Assembly (NCBI GenBank): GCA_028280575.1
Contig: JANQLN010000068.1
Span: 19,580 to 83,579, forward strand
Length of the DNA stretch: 64,000 nucleotides
Reading direction: 5' to 3'
Source: Clostridia bacterium
Lineage (GTDB): Bacteria > Bacillota > Clostridia > Acetivibrionales > STF1-152
Part shown: positions 51,276 to 62,480 of the stretch, one piece after another
How positions within the stretch are numbered: position 1 is the first letter of the stretch
How the letters are laid out: every line of letters starts with the position of its first letter
Made by a program: the position numbers and the translations under genes
The notes under the pieces: model-generated
What the model was told of the DNA's origin: nothing
Database searches by the model: none
Seen by the model: the letters and a program-made list of their open reading frames with translations, nothing else

Positions 51276-51986
51276 TTGTCTATTTACGCTATTTCGGATC
51301 TGCATCTTGCCAAAAGTGTTGATAAACCAATGGATATATTTGGGGCGCAATGGGATAATTATATGGACAGGCTTTGTGAAAACTGGAATCAATCAATCAG
51401 CGGGGATGATTTAGTTATAATACCCGGTGATGTTTCTTGGGCCACCTATCTTGAAGAGTGCTGCGAAGACTTCAAATTTTTAGATTCATTGCCCGGGAAA
51501 AAAATAATATTGAAAGGCAATCATGATTACTGGTGGACTACTGTAACCAAAATGAATGAATATGTGAAATGCAGAGGATTTGACAGTTTGGTATTTTTAA
51601 ATAACAACAGCTATATAATAAATGATATTGCAATATGCGGGACAAGAGGATGGAATTCTCCCCTGGACAATGATTTTAGGATAGAGGACCGGAAAATATA
51701 CAATAGGGAGCTTAAAAGGCTTGAAATGTCTCTTGATAGTATAGCGGACCGTAAAGATAAAACAATAATATGTGCCATGCATTATCCGCCGGTAAGCATT
51801 GATGGGAAAGCAACGGAGTTTATGGATATAATGCATGAATATAATGTTAAAATATGCATTTACGGGCATCTCCATGGAGATATAGGCGAAAAAGCCTATA
51901 ATGGGAAAATTAAAGGAACGGACATATATTTTGTATCGGCTGATTATTTAAAATTTAAGCCCTATGAAATCATAACAATAAAATAA
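51276..51986 (+). CDS. Metallophosphoesterase
   Basis: DLH, GD, GNHD, GHLH motifs. Confidence 0.9.
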   Translation: MSIYAISDLHLAKSVDKPMDIFGAQWDNYMDRLCENWNQSISGDDLVIIPGDVSWATYLEECCEDFKFLDSLPGKKIILKGNHDYWWTTVTKMNEYVKCRGFDSLVFLNNNSYIINDIAICGTRGWNSPLDNDFRIEDRKIYNRELKRLEMSLDSIADRKDKTIICAMHYPPVSIDGKATEFMDIMHEYNVKICIYGHLHGDIGEKAYNGKIKGTDIYFVSADYLKFKPYEIITIK

Positions 51987-52140
51987 AAAATTCGACTTTT
52001 TGTTGGATTTAGTCAGGCAATATGTTATAATGTACAGGTTAAAATGCACTCATGCTTTTAGAGTAGATAAAAATTAGCAATATTACGGGCGTTAAGCCCA
52101 TTTTTAAAGCAAAAAAGGGAATTTGGAGGACAGGTAAAAA

Positions 52141-53430
52141 ATGAATTTAAAAGTCGAAAATGTCGAAAAAAATGTTGTAAAGCTGGAAATTGAAGTAGAC
52201 GATGAAAAATTTAGGGAAGGTATTAATAAAGCATACCTTAAGAACAAAAAAAAATTTAACATACCCGGATTCAGAAAGGGCAAAGCTCCAAGGCATATTA
52301 TAGAGAATTACTATGGAGAGCAGGTATTTTATGAAGATATGATAAATATTATATGTCCTGAAGAATATGATAAAGCAGTCAAAGAAACCGGTATAAGTCC
52401 TGTTGAACAGCCCGAAATGGATATTGTCCAGATCGGAAACGGTGAAAAATTCATTTTTACCGCAAAGGTGACGGTTCAACCGGAAGTTGAATTGGGCCAA
52501 TACAAAGAAGTTGAAGTAGAAAAGCAGGAAGCCCGGGTCACCGACGAAGATGTTGACAATGAGCTTAAGGCAGTTGCAGAAAGGAATTCAAGATTAATAA
52601 CTGTGGAGGAAGACAGAGGACTTGAAAAAGACGATATAGCATTTATAGATTTTGAGGGATTTGTAGACGGAGAGGCATTTGAAGGCGGCAAAGCGGAGGA
52701 TCACCAGCTTACCATAGGAAGCGGGCAGTTTATACCCGGGTTTGAGGACCAGTTAATAGGGAAAAAGGCGGATGAGGACGTAGAAGTCAGTGTGAAATTC
52801 CCGGAAGATTATCAAAGTGAGGACCTTGCCGGAAAAGATGCTGTTTTTAAAGTAAAGGTAAAACTAATCAAGGTTAAGGAGCTTCCCGAACTGGATGATG
52901 AATTTGCCAAGGATGTGAGTGAATTTGATACCCTTGACGAATACAGGGAAGATTTAAGGGAAAAAGCCCTTGAGCGTGAAAAAGACAGGGTTAAGTCTGA
53001 AACTGAGAGCAGGGTTGTTAAGGCAGTAGTTGATAATGCAAAAGTAGATATTCCGCAGGTAATGGTCGAAAACAGGATAGACGGTATGATGCGGGATTTG
53101 GATATGAGACTCAGGTACCAGGGGATGGGACTTGAAAAATATGTTGAGATGACGGGAAATACCGAAGAAGAATTAAGGAAACAATTTGCCGGGGATGCAA
53201 AGGCTGATGTAAAGTCACAATTGGTGCTTGAAGCTATTTCAAATACGGAAGATATACCGGTTCCCGAGGAGAAAATTGATGAAGAAATCAAACGTATGGC
53301 CGATAATTACAAGCAAGAGGCCGAAGATTTTAAGAAACATTTAAAAGAAGATGATATAGAATATATTAAGGGTAGTTTGAAGATACAGGAAACAGTGAGT
53401 TTTCTTGTTGAAAGTGCTAAAATAAAATAA
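52141..53430 (+). CDS. tig: Trigger factor
   Basis: IPGFRKGKAP signature and FKBP domain. Confidence 0.98.
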   Translation: MNLKVENVEKNVVKLEIEVDDEKFREGINKAYLKNKKKFNIPGFRKGKAPRHIIENYYGEQVFYEDMINIICPEEYDKAVKETGISPVEQPEMDIVQIGNGEKFIFTAKVTVQPEVELGQYKEVEVEKQEARVTDEDVDNELKAVAERNSRLITVEEDRGLEKDDIAFIDFEGFVDGEAFEGGKAEDHQLTIGSGQFIPGFEDQLIGKKADEDVEVSVKFPEDYQSEDLAGKDAVFKVKVKLIKVKELPELDDEFAKDVSEFDTLDEYREDLREKALEREKDRVKSETESRVVKAVVDNAKVDIPQVMVENRIDGMMRDLDMRLRYQGMGLEKYVEMTGNTEEELRKQFAGDAKADVKSQLVLEAISNTEDIPVPEEKIDEEIKRMADNYKQEAEDFKKHLKEDDIEYIKGSLKIQETVSFLVESAKIK

Positions 53431-53567
53431 TTATTGAAATAATATTTTGGGTTTATTTTATGGTATATTGGGAAAGTAATATTAGAGGTAACAGACAAAT
53501 AAACCAGGGTTTCGTAATATAATAAAATATGCTTTAAAAATAAAGGTTTTTTAAGGAGGTATTTTAC

Positions 53568-54152
53568 ATGAGTTTGGTTCCTATAGTTGTTGAACAATCC
53601 AACAGGGGTGAAAGATCTTATGACATATATTCAAGGTTGCTTAAGGACAGGATAATTGTCTTAAGTGACCAGGTAAATGACGTTACTGCAAGTCTTGTAA
53701 TGTCACAGATGCTGTTTCTTGAGGCAGATGATCCTGATAAGGATATCCAGCTTTACATAAACAGTCCCGGAGGCTCTATCACATCAGGGTTTGCAATATA
53801 TGACACCATGCAGTATATAAAGCCTGACGTACAGACGATATGTGTGGGAATGGCAGCCAGCATGGGAGCTTTCCTGCTTGCTGCGGGAGCAAAGGGAAAA
53901 AGGTATGCCCTTCCCAACAGCGAAATAATGATACATCAGCCTTTAGGAGGAACAAGGGGTCAGGCAACCGATATTCAGATTCATACTGAATGGCTTATTA
54001 AAATAAAGAAAAAGCTTAACAAGATTTTAAGTGAACGTACCAAGCAGCCCCTTGACAGGATAGAGACAGATGTGGAGCGGGATTTCTTTATGTCGGCAGA
54101 GGATGCTAGAGAATATGGTATAGTAGACGAGGTAATGATAAGGAAAAAGTGA
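53568..54152 (+). CDS. clpP: ATP-dependent Clp protease proteolytic subunit
   Basis: [25 protein letters not shown]. Confidence 0.98.
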   Translation: MSLVPIVVEQSNRGERSYDIYSRLLKDRIIVLSDQVNDVTASLVMSQMLFLEADDPDKDIQLYINSPGGSITSGFAIYDTMQYIKPDVQTICVGMAASMGAFLLAAGAKGKRYALPNSEIMIHQPLGGTRGQATDIQIHTEWLIKIKKKLNKILSERTKQPLDRIETDVERDFFMSAEDAREYGIVDEVMIRKK

Positions 54153-54165
54153 ATGAGGTGAAATA

Positions 54166-55461
54166 ATGTCCAGATACGATGAAAAAAAACAGCTAAAATG
54201 TTCTTTTTGCGGTAAAACGCAGGAACAGGTTAAAAGGCTTGTTGCTGGACCGGGCGTATATATATGTGATGAATGTATAGAGTTATGCTCTGAAATAATT
54301 GAAGAAGAGTTTGAAGAGATAAAAGTTGAGGGCGATCTTGGGGATATTCCAAAACCCCAGGAAATCAAAGCTGTTCTTGACCAATATGTAATTGGGCAGG
54401 AGCAGGCTAAGAAGACCCTTTCGGTTGCGGTGTACAATCATTACAAGAGGATTAATACCGATATATATACAGATGATGTTGAACTTCAAAAGAGCAACAT
54501 TATAATGCTGGGGCCAACCGGATGCGGTAAAACGCTTCTTGCGCAAACTTTAGCCAATATACTGAATGTGCCGTTTGCTATAGCCGACGCCACATCCTTA
54601 ACTGAAGCAGGATACGTGGGTGAGGATGTAGAAAACATATTGCTAAAGCTTATACAGGCTGCAGATTATGATATTGAAAGTGCGGAAAAGGGCATAATAT
54701 ATATTGATGAGATAGACAAAATTGCCAGAAAATCAGATAATCCTTCAATAACCAGGGATGTCAGCGGAGAGGGTGTCCAGCAGGCCCTTCTGAAGATTCT
54801 TGAAGGAACTGTTGCCTCGGTTCCTCCCCAGGGTGGAAGGAAGCATCCCCATCAGGAATTTATACAAATAGATACTACAAATATCCTGTTTATTTGCGGC
54901 GGTGCATTTGACGGTATAGAGAAAATGATACAAAATCGCATTGGCAGGAAGTCCATTGGATTTGGCGCAAAAATAGAAAGCCGCAAGGAAATGGACGTGG
55001 GAGAAGTACTCAAGCATATTTTACCCCAGGACCTTTTGAAATATGGACTCATACCCGAATTTGTGGGTAGGGTGCCAATAGTTGTTACACTTCATTCTCT
55101 TGACAAAAGCGCACTGGTGAAGATATTAACCGAACCGAGAAATGCACTGGTGAAGCAGTATAGAAAGCTTTTTGAAATGGATGATACACTCCTGGAATTT
55201 GAGGATGAGGCCCTGGAGGCAATAGCGGAAAAGGCGATCAAGCGAAATACAGGAGCCAGGGGCTTAAGGGCAATAATTGAAGAGATTATGCTTGATGTCA
55301 TGTATGATATACCTTCATCAACCAACATAGAGAAGTGCATTATAAACAAGGAAACAGTGAAGGAAAGCATACAACCTGAACTGGTGATAAATGACAATAA
55401 AAAGCCTCTCAAAAAAACAGGCAGTAAAAAGCCCAGGATAAAAAGAGAGTCGGTTTCTTAA
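54166..55461 (+). CDS. clpX: ATP-dependent Clp protease ATPase subunit
   Basis: CSFCGK Zn finger, [21 protein letters not shown] loop. Confidence 0.98.
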   Translation: MSRYDEKKQLKCSFCGKTQEQVKRLVAGPGVYICDECIELCSEIIEEEFEEIKVEGDLGDIPKPQEIKAVLDQYVIGQEQAKKTLSVAVYNHYKRINTDIYTDDVELQKSNIIMLGPTGCGKTLLAQTLANILNVPFAIADATSLTEAGYVGEDVENILLKLIQAADYDIESAEKGIIYIDEIDKIARKSDNPSITRDVSGEGVQQALLKILEGTVASVPPQGGRKHPHQEFIQIDTTNILFICGGAFDGIEKMIQNRIGRKSIGFGAKIESRKEMDVGEVLKHILPQDLLKYGLIPEFVGRVPIVVTLHSLDKSALVKILTEPRNALVKQYRKLFEMDDTLLEFEDEALEAIAEKAIKRNTGARGLRAIIEEIMLDVMYDIPSSTNIEKCIINKETVKESIQPELVINDNKKPLKKTGSKKPRIKRESVS

Positions 55462-55512
55462 AATAGATGGATTTATAAAAAAATGGTATATGAAGAAAAT
55501 GTGGAGTACAAA

Positions 55513-55548
55513 AAGCCCTCAATGATTTTTAGCATCATTAAGGGCTTT
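55513..55548 (+). terminator. Probable terminator after clpX
   Basis: aagccctcaatgat / atcattaagggctt hairpin. Confidence 0.6.
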
Positions 55549-55734
55549 CTTGGTGTCAGGATAAAAATTGATATAACTGCTTATTTCTGGGCATTCCCCA
55601 TTTTTTTGCAAGTTAAAATGCTGCAATCCTTCCCAATGACAAATAAAATTATTTTTCAAAAAAATGAAAATGCTCAAAAGCAAAAATAGCTTGATATAAA
55701 TAATAAATTGATATAAAATATTATTATCATATTT

Positions 55735-57528
55735 TTGGGGCTGAAATGTGCTATGAAAATCCCTTTTGTGAAGCGGAGAAGTATCCAGAATGGACTATTT
55801 GTCCAATATTTTATTTTAATCTCCCTGATAGTTATTCTGGTTGCAATGATCATATTCAATACAGCTGTTAAGATTATAGAAAACGAAGTTGGACAATCAC
55901 GGGTCGAAATATTAAAACAGGTAGGCAGAAATATTAATACCATAACAAGTGCCGTAACATCCATTTCTAATTTATACTATTTCGACGAATCGCTGAATGC
56001 CATTATTAAAGAGCCTCCTGGTGATGTCCAAAAAACAAGTATGAGGCTAAACAGCTTTTATGAGACTGCTTGCAGGTACAATCTTTCTTTTGATAACATA
56101 AACATGAAGCTATATACTATTATATATGGATTTAATGGTCAGAGGTTTTGTTCATGGAGTACAGAATTATACAATTTTGAAAATATTATAAAAAAGCCAT
56201 GGTATGAAGATGCCATTAAAATGAACGGTAAAATTCTTTGGGTAAGCACTTACAATGATTTTGAGGGTTGCGGTGAAGAAAAGCATGTGTTTGCCGCAGC
56301 AAGACTTTTAAAACACAGCCTTAACAATGAGCATTTAGGTTTGTTTATAGTAAATGTAGATGAGGAGGTTTTATTAAATTCATATAAAAGCTTGCTTATA
56401 GGTGAAAACAACATCTATATTTGTGACAGAGATGGGAGGATAATATCCCATCCCGTGAAAAGCAGGCTGGGTAATATTTTACAGGGCAAAGGCTTTAGCA
56501 GCATTTCAAATGGTATGTCCGGATATCATGTAGAATACGATAATGATGATAAAATGCTTATATCCTATTATACCATTCCACAGGTTGAGTGGATAATTGT
56601 TGAGAAAATACCATTGAGAATACTCATGCTTCCAATGGGGAGGATGAAATACATCACCCTTTTGCTATTAGCCGTATGTATGCCTGTAGCGTTTTTAGTT
56701 TCGTACATTATTGCCAGGAAAATATCATCACCTATTAAATCTCTATGTGTTTCTATGAAACAGGTTAGACAGGGTAATATGAATACTATTCCCGCAATTC
56801 GCAGCTGGAATGAATTAGAGGAGCTAAATAACGGATTTAACAGGATGATTGACAGGATTAAGAACCTTATGGATGATATCCGTAAAGAAGAGAGATTAAA
56901 GCGTAAGGCAGAATTAGATTCTTTGCAGGCACAGATTAATCCTCATTTTATGTATAATACCCTTTATACGGTTAAATGTATGATTAATATGAATAGATAT
57001 GATAACGCAGGTAAAATGATTACATCTTTTTTAAACCTTTTAAGAAAGACTTATGCAAACAAGTGGGCACTTATCAATATTGAGGAAGAGATAATTAATT
57101 TGGAAGGGTATGTTGACATTCAAAGATTGAGGTACCCTGAAAAATTTGATGTTGTTTTTAGAGTAGACAGAAATATTATGAGCTGCAAGATTCCCAGGTT
57201 AATTTTACAGCCACTTGTAGAAAATTCAATTTTTCACGGTATAGAGCCTTCAAATAAAAAATGTATGATAACCGTCAGAGGATACAGGATGAATAATAGA
57301 ATTACTTTAAAGGTTTCAGATACCGGTATTGGCATGAATGATGAGCAAATCAGGCAGCTGTGGGAAAAAAAACATGTTCAGTCCGACATGATGTTCAGCA
57401 GTATAGGGATAACAAACGTTCATGAAAGAATAAGACTCAATTTTGGCCCCGGTTATGGACTGGAAATACACAGCGAGCCCGGAAAGGGTACGGAAGTAAA
57501 TATAAGCTTACCTATCATTTATACTTAG
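55735..57528 (+). CDS. Sensor histidine kinase (YesM-like)
   Basis: Cache and HAMP regions, LQAQINPHFMYNTL, LQPLVENS, D.G.G. Confidence 0.93.
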   Translation: MGLKCAMKIPFVKRRSIQNGLFVQYFILISLIVILVAMIIFNTAVKIIENEVGQSRVEILKQVGRNINTITSAVTSISNLYYFDESLNAIIKEPPGDVQKTSMRLNSFYETACRYNLSFDNINMKLYTIIYGFNGQRFCSWSTELYNFENIIKKPWYEDAIKMNGKILWVSTYNDFEGCGEEKHVFAAARLLKHSLNNEHLGLFIVNVDEEVLLNSYKSLLIGENNIYICDRDGRIISHPVKSRLGNILQGKGFSSISNGMSGYHVEYDNDDKMLISYYTIPQVEWIIVEKIPLRILMLPMGRMKYITLLLLAVCMPVAFLVSYIIARKISSPIKSLCVSMKQVRQGNMNTIPAIRSWNELEELNNGFNRMIDRIKNLMDDIRKEERLKRKAELDSLQAQINPHFMYNTLYTVKCMINMNRYDNAGKMITSFLNLLRKTYANKWALINIEEEIINLEGYVDIQRLRYPEKFDVVFRVDRNIMSCKIPRLILQPLVENSIFHGIEPSNKKCMITVRGYRMNNRITLKVSDTGIGMNDEQIRQLWEKKHVQSDMMFSSIGITNVHERIRLNFGPGYGLEIHSEPGKGTEVNISLPIIYT

Positions 57529-57535
57529 GGAGAAG

Positions 57536-59080
57536 GTGATGTATATGCTTAAAATATTGGTAGTTGACGACGAGATTTTAATACGTCAATGGTTTGTATT
57601 CTGCATAGAGAAAAGCTCAGAGTCTTATGAAGTGGTTGGTGAAGCAGAAAATGGCCTGGAAGCACTGGAATTATATAAGAAGCTATCTCCCGATATAATA
57701 ATTACCGATATAAAAATGCCTGTTATGGATGGTATTGAATTAATGAAACAAATCAGAAGTATTAATCGGTCTACTGATTTTGTTGTATTGACATGCCACG
57801 CAGACTTTGATTATGCAAGAGAAGCCATAAAGTTTGGTGCTGCAGAGTATATGCTGAAGACTGAGGTGGAGCAAAAACAGATTATAAATATACTGGAGAA
57901 GATTGAAAAGGCGAGGAATGAAAAGATAAATTCAGACAAGGCAATCCAGATACACAGCCAAAATATGCGAAACAGGCTCTTTTATGATATTCTTGAAAGC
58001 AAAAGGCCTGATGGGGTATGTATAAAAGAAAGGTTAACAGAACTGGAGATAAACTTAAACGGCAGGAATATTTTTGCGCTTGCAATCAGGCCTTATAATA
58101 CTTCCTTAGGTTTAGCCAATGGGGCTAAGGCTCTTAAGTCTAAAGCAGAAGAAATATTTGAAGCTGTTTTCTTTTTCATACATAATAACACTGTTGTTTT
58201 GTTTGGAAATACAGGAAGTAACCCAAGCCTTTTAATGCAAAACCATATTTTAAAAGAAGCAGTAAAAAGAATAGAAGAAAAAGGATTATATTCCATAGGC
58301 ATTAGTAAAATCCATAATGGATTGGATTCGTTGAAGGCTTGTATAGAGGAAGCTTTATGGGCATTAGAGCAGGAATTTTTCGAGCATAGGGGAAGTATCA
58401 TCTATAGTGAAGCCATAAGTGAAGATGAAAATAAATATAAAGAAGTGGATAATATACAGAAATCTCTATTTAAAGCCATAAATGAAGCATCTGTCGATTC
58501 AATAATTGACCTGGCGGAAAAAGTGTTTGAATTATTCGAATTAAAAAAAATAAGAAGTATTGAGTACATACATAAGGTTTGCACAGACATTCTTGATATG
58601 ACTTACAATAAGCTGCATTATGACATGGGAATAAATAATATTGGAAAGGTTGACTATATTAATGAAGTTAAAAACAAATTATTTTTATCGGAACTAAAAG
58701 CTTGGGTAATAGAAATATTAAGAGAAATGCTAAGCTTTGTCAAATTAAAGAAACCAATTTATTCCTCCAGTGTCCGGAAAGCTTTGAACTACATTGAGGA
58801 ACACTATCATGAAGACACATCCCAGAAAAGAATATCCCGTTATCTGCATCTGAGCCCTGAATATTTCTGTAAGATTTTCAAAGAGGAGGTCGGCTGTAAT
58901 TACAGTATATATGTCATAAAATTTAGAATGGAGAAGGCACAAAAGCTGTTGCAGGACTCCGATATGAAAATATATGAGATAGCCGAAAGGGTGGGCTATC
59001 ACAATTTAAGCTATTTTTCCCGTTTATTTAAAAAGTATTATAATATAAGCCCGTTCAACTTTAAAAAGATGTTAAAATAA
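57536..59080 (+). CDS. Response regulator with AraC output domain (YesN-like)
   Basis: VVDDE, DIKMPVMDG, C-terminal AraC HTH. Confidence 0.93.
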   Translation: MMYMLKILVVDDEILIRQWFVFCIEKSSESYEVVGEAENGLEALELYKKLSPDIIITDIKMPVMDGIELMKQIRSINRSTDFVVLTCHADFDYAREAIKFGAAEYMLKTEVEQKQIINILEKIEKARNEKINSDKAIQIHSQNMRNRLFYDILESKRPDGVCIKERLTELEINLNGRNIFALAIRPYNTSLGLANGAKALKSKAEEIFEAVFFFIHNNTVVLFGNTGSNPSLLMQNHILKEAVKRIEEKGLYSIGISKIHNGLDSLKACIEEALWALEQEFFEHRGSIIYSEAISEDENKYKEVDNIQKSLFKAINEASVDSIIDLAEKVFELFELKKIRSIEYIHKVCTDILDMTYNKLHYDMGINNIGKVDYINEVKNKLFLSELKAWVIEILREMLSFVKLKKPIYSSSVRKALNYIEEHYHEDTSQKRISRYLHLSPEYFCKIFKEEVGCNYSIYVIKFRMEKAQKLLQDSDMKIYEIAERVGYHNLSYFSRLFKKYYNISPFNFKKMLK

Positions 59081-59087
59081 TAAAAAA

Positions 59088-59159
59088 TACATTAAAAAAA
59101 GAAAAAATATATAAACTTATTTGAGATGAATAAAGAATTTACATTAAAAAAAGAAAAAA
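59088..59159 (+). promoter_or_regulatory. 20-bp direct repeat, candidate response-regulator binding sites
   Basis: tacattaaaaaaagaaaaaa at 59088 and 59140, upstream of the solute-binding protein gene. Confidence 0.45.
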
Positions 59160-59255
59160 GTTCATTAACTGTATGCATGTCTTTTTATTTTGAAAAGAGT
59201 TATTATATAAATTGAAAAGATTCGACGAATAATCTAATAAAAGGGAGGATGGATT

Positions 59256-60584
59256 ATGAAACGCATTTTAATTGTACTCATATGTATGTTATTGCTGCTT
59301 CTGCCTATAATGAGCGGGTGTAACAATTCAGGCAAAGCGCCGGATGAAGGAAAAAAAGTTACAGAGGATAACAATGCAGAAAAAGGACCGGAAGAAAACA
59401 AGAAGAAAACAGTTAAACTCAAGCTCTGGAAATCGGGAGTTGAGGAACAGGAACATGAGTACTGGCTTAACTTTGTTAAGAAGTTTGACGAAGCTAACGA
59501 CAACATTGAGATGGAATACCTGGATGCTCCCTGGACTGATTTCCAAACCAAATTGAATGTTGCTTTTGCTTCGGGTACGGTGCCGGACATAGTGGGCAAC
59601 AGTATAAATACTATGCCCCAATTGGTGGAGAAAAACCATTATATTCCTCTTGACGGCTATATTAAAAACTGGTCTAACAAGGATGAAATAGAGGACTTTT
59701 ATATTAACTCCGGTGTTTATAAAGGAAAACAGTATGGGATCGGCCATAAAGCAACTGCAGCAATATGGGTATATAGAAAGGACTTCTTTGAAAATGCAGG
59801 GCTTAATCCTGAAAAGCCTCCCGAAACATGGGAGCAGCTGGCCGAATATGCTTCCAAGCTTACTATACGGGAAAATGGTACGGTAAAGCAGGCCGGTTTT
59901 AATATACCCGTTAATGATGACAAATTGTTCCTTACATTTTTATACCAGGCCGGCGGCAAATTAATAGATGAAAACAGCAACCCGGCATGGAATTCTCCTG
60001 AGGCGCTGGAGGCATTGAATTTCATCAAGGAATTAACTATTGAAAGAAAAGTGAATATTGAAATAAGTACTACCGCTAACGACAAACAAAATCTTTTCAG
60101 TGCGGGAAGAGCTGCTATGGCATATATGTATACCTCATGGCTTAAAACTCTATTAAAGGAAAAGCCGTCTTTAAGTGAAAAAATCGGATTGATGGAATTA
60201 AAGAACAAAAGGCAGGCAGCATTTTGCGGCTGTGAGCTTTTCTTCATAACAGCAGATTCAAGGCATCATGATGAGGCATGGAAGCTCATTGAAAATGCTA
60301 TGACAGAGGATGAAGTCTGGGAAAGATATAAAAAGACGGGTAATCCTCCAAATATAACTTCATTAAAAGAACAGTTTATTAATGATGATCCATTACTTAA
60401 TAAAGGTACCCTCAACAGTATTGAAAATGGTGTTCATAACGCTAAAGCGGTATGGGGCGGGCTTTATACGATGAACTACGGAATGAAAATGGTAGAAGAG
60501 GTTGTGTATGGTGTCAAGACCCCTGAAGAAGCACTTAAATCTTATTACGATAAATTTATTAAAGAAATAAGCAGCTTTAAGTAG
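59256..60584 (+). CDS. Sugar ABC solute-binding lipoprotein
   Basis: Lipobox MSGC; YRKD.F..AGL.P..PPETWE. Confidence 0.92.
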   Translation: MKRILIVLICMLLLLLPIMSGCNNSGKAPDEGKKVTEDNNAEKGPEENKKKTVKLKLWKSGVEEQEHEYWLNFVKKFDEANDNIEMEYLDAPWTDFQTKLNVAFASGTVPDIVGNSINTMPQLVEKNHYIPLDGYIKNWSNKDEIEDFYINSGVYKGKQYGIGHKATAAIWVYRKDFFENAGLNPEKPPETWEQLAEYASKLTIRENGTVKQAGFNIPVNDDKLFLTFLYQAGGKLIDENSNPAWNSPEALEALNFIKELTIERKVNIEISTTANDKQNLFSAGRAAMAYMYTSWLKTLLKEKPSLSEKIGLMELKNKRQAAFCGCELFFITADSRHHDEAWKLIENAMTEDEVWERYKKTGNPPNITSLKEQFINDDPLLNKGTLNSIENGVHNAKAVWGGLYTMNYGMKMVEEVVYGVKTPEEALKSYYDKFIKEISSFK

Positions 60585-60606
60585 GAGCGCAGCTAATGAT
60601 GTATGC

Positions 60607-61566
60607 TTGTGCACAGGATTATTAAGCTCCCGGCATAAGCATACAATTTTGAAAAACGGCCTGTGGGAGAGGAGCAGACTCTTGAATAGGAGAAGGTTAT
60701 TTAATAATTTTTATGGTTATTTATTAGTATTGCCCAGTTATGCCATATTCTTTTTATTTATTCTAATACCTTGCTTGATGACTGTAATTATAAGCTTTAC
60801 AAATTATGATTTATACAAGACAATGGATTTTATAGGGCTTGACAATTATAAGAGGATTATACTGGACGACGTATTTATTATTTCAATTAGAAATACTGTG
60901 GTCTACACTTTATTCACAATATTCCCTAACCTGGCGCTGGGTTTGCTTGCAGCCGTATTCTTAAGCAGCAGGATTTTCGGAAGAAGCTTTTTTAGGGCAG
61001 CATTTTATATACCATATATTCCTTCCATGATATCGGTATCAATGGTATGGTTATGGATGTTTGATCCTTCAAACGGCATCTTAAACAAAATAATGCAGGT
61101 TTTAAAATTGCCGCAGCAGAAGTGGCTCTTTGATATGGACCTTGCGCTGCCATGCTTGATTGTAATAGGCATATGGAAATCTATAGGATATAATATGATA
61201 TTGTACATAGCAGGAATAAAAGAAATACCTAAATATCTATATGAAGCGTCAAAAATAGATGGTGCATCATCTGTAAAAACATTTTTTTTAATAACTTTGC
61301 CTATGTTAAGGCCTATTACGTTTTTTTTGCTTGTAACAGGAATGGTCTCTTCATTCAATGTATTTGATCAGGTTAACGTGTTGACTGAAGGAGGTCCGAT
61401 TAATGCTACTACAACTATCGTTCATCAGATTTACAGCAGAACGTTTCTCACATATGAAGCAGGCTACGGTTCTGCTATGACAATTGTACTTATGATAATT
61501 GTACTCATACTTACTTTGTTAAACTTCAAGCATGGAAGTCAAGGTATAGACAGGGGATTTGTATAG
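60607..61566 (+). CDS. Sugar ABC permease
   Basis: FIGLDNY, LYEASKIDGA, GGP...T; true start may be the TTG at 60682. Confidence 0.92.
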   Translation: MCTGLLSSRHKHTILKNGLWERSRLLNRRRLFNNFYGYLLVLPSYAIFFLFILIPCLMTVIISFTNYDLYKTMDFIGLDNYKRIILDDVFIISIRNTVVYTLFTIFPNLALGLLAAVFLSSRIFGRSFFRAAFYIPYIPSMISVSMVWLWMFDPSNGILNKIMQVLKLPQQKWLFDMDLALPCLIVIGIWKSIGYNMILYIAGIKEIPKYLYEASKIDGASSVKTFFLITLPMLRPITFFLLVTGMVSSFNVFDQVNVLTEGGPINATTTIVHQIYSRTFLTYEAGYGSAMTIVLMIIVLILTLLNFKHGSQGIDRGFV

Positions 61567-61584
61567 AGAAAGGAGTTATAAAAT

Positions 61585-62466
61585 TTGGAAGAAGCCGCAT
61601 CTCGTTTTTATAAAAGCCATAAAAAATACATTCTTTTCACGGTGATGTGTATTTTGTCCTGTTTAGTTTTATTTCCCTTTGTAATTATGTTTCTTACATC
61701 GCTAAAAACAGCTGATGAAATACTTTCCCCCGTTTTTAAAATACTGCCGGAAAGAATTAATTTGGAGAACTACCTTAAAATATTACAGAAAGGGAATTGG
61801 ACAAGATACTTTATTAACAGCATTTTCTTAACGATAACGGTTACCTGTTTAAGCCTTTTGATAAACTCCATGGCAGGATTTTCATTTGCACGTATAGAAT
61901 TCATAGGAAGAAAAACATTGTTTATTCTTTTAATGCTGGGATTGATGATTCCTGCTCAGATTACATTAATTCCTATGTTCATAATCATTAAGAACTTTCC
62001 TTTGGCCGGCGGCAATAATTTGTTGGGATTCGGAGGCAGCGGATTAATTGATACATATCTTGGAATTATGCTTCCGCAGCTTTCAGGAGCATTTGGCATA
62101 TTCCTATGCAGGCAGTTTTATTTAAGCTTTCCAAAAGCTATAGATGATGCGGCATTTATAGACGGCTGCGCATATCCGAGAATATATTTTAATATATATT
62201 TGCCCCAGAGCAAGTCAGTTTTAATCAGTTTAGGTACTTTGAAACTTACTTACACCTGGAATGACTATATGTGGCCGCTAGTTGTTGTAAAATCGGACAG
62301 AATGAGGACAGTCCAGTTAGCCCTGGCCAGTTTTAGGGATGAAGTAATAAAATGGGAAATGCTTATGGCTGCAACAACACTTGTATCAATACCTTTAATA
62401 ATAGTATTCTTGATTAACCAAAACCTTTTTACTCAAGGAATAAGCACTACCGGCATTAAAGGATAG
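61585..62466 (+). CDS. Sugar ABC permease
   Basis: DAAFIDG, WNDYMWP, TGIKG end. Confidence 0.92.
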   Translation: MEEAASRFYKSHKKYILFTVMCILSCLVLFPFVIMFLTSLKTADEILSPVFKILPERINLENYLKILQKGNWTRYFINSIFLTITVTCLSLLINSMAGFSFARIEFIGRKTLFILLMLGLMIPAQITLIPMFIIIKNFPLAGGNNLLGFGGSGLIDTYLGIMLPQLSGAFGIFLCRQFYLSFPKAIDDAAFIDGCAYPRIYFNIYLPQSKSVLISLGTLKLTYTWNDYMWPLVVVKSDRMRTVQLALASFRDEVIKWEMLMAATTLVSIPLIIVFLINQNLFTQGISTTGIKG

Positions 62467-62480
62467 GAGACCGTATAGTT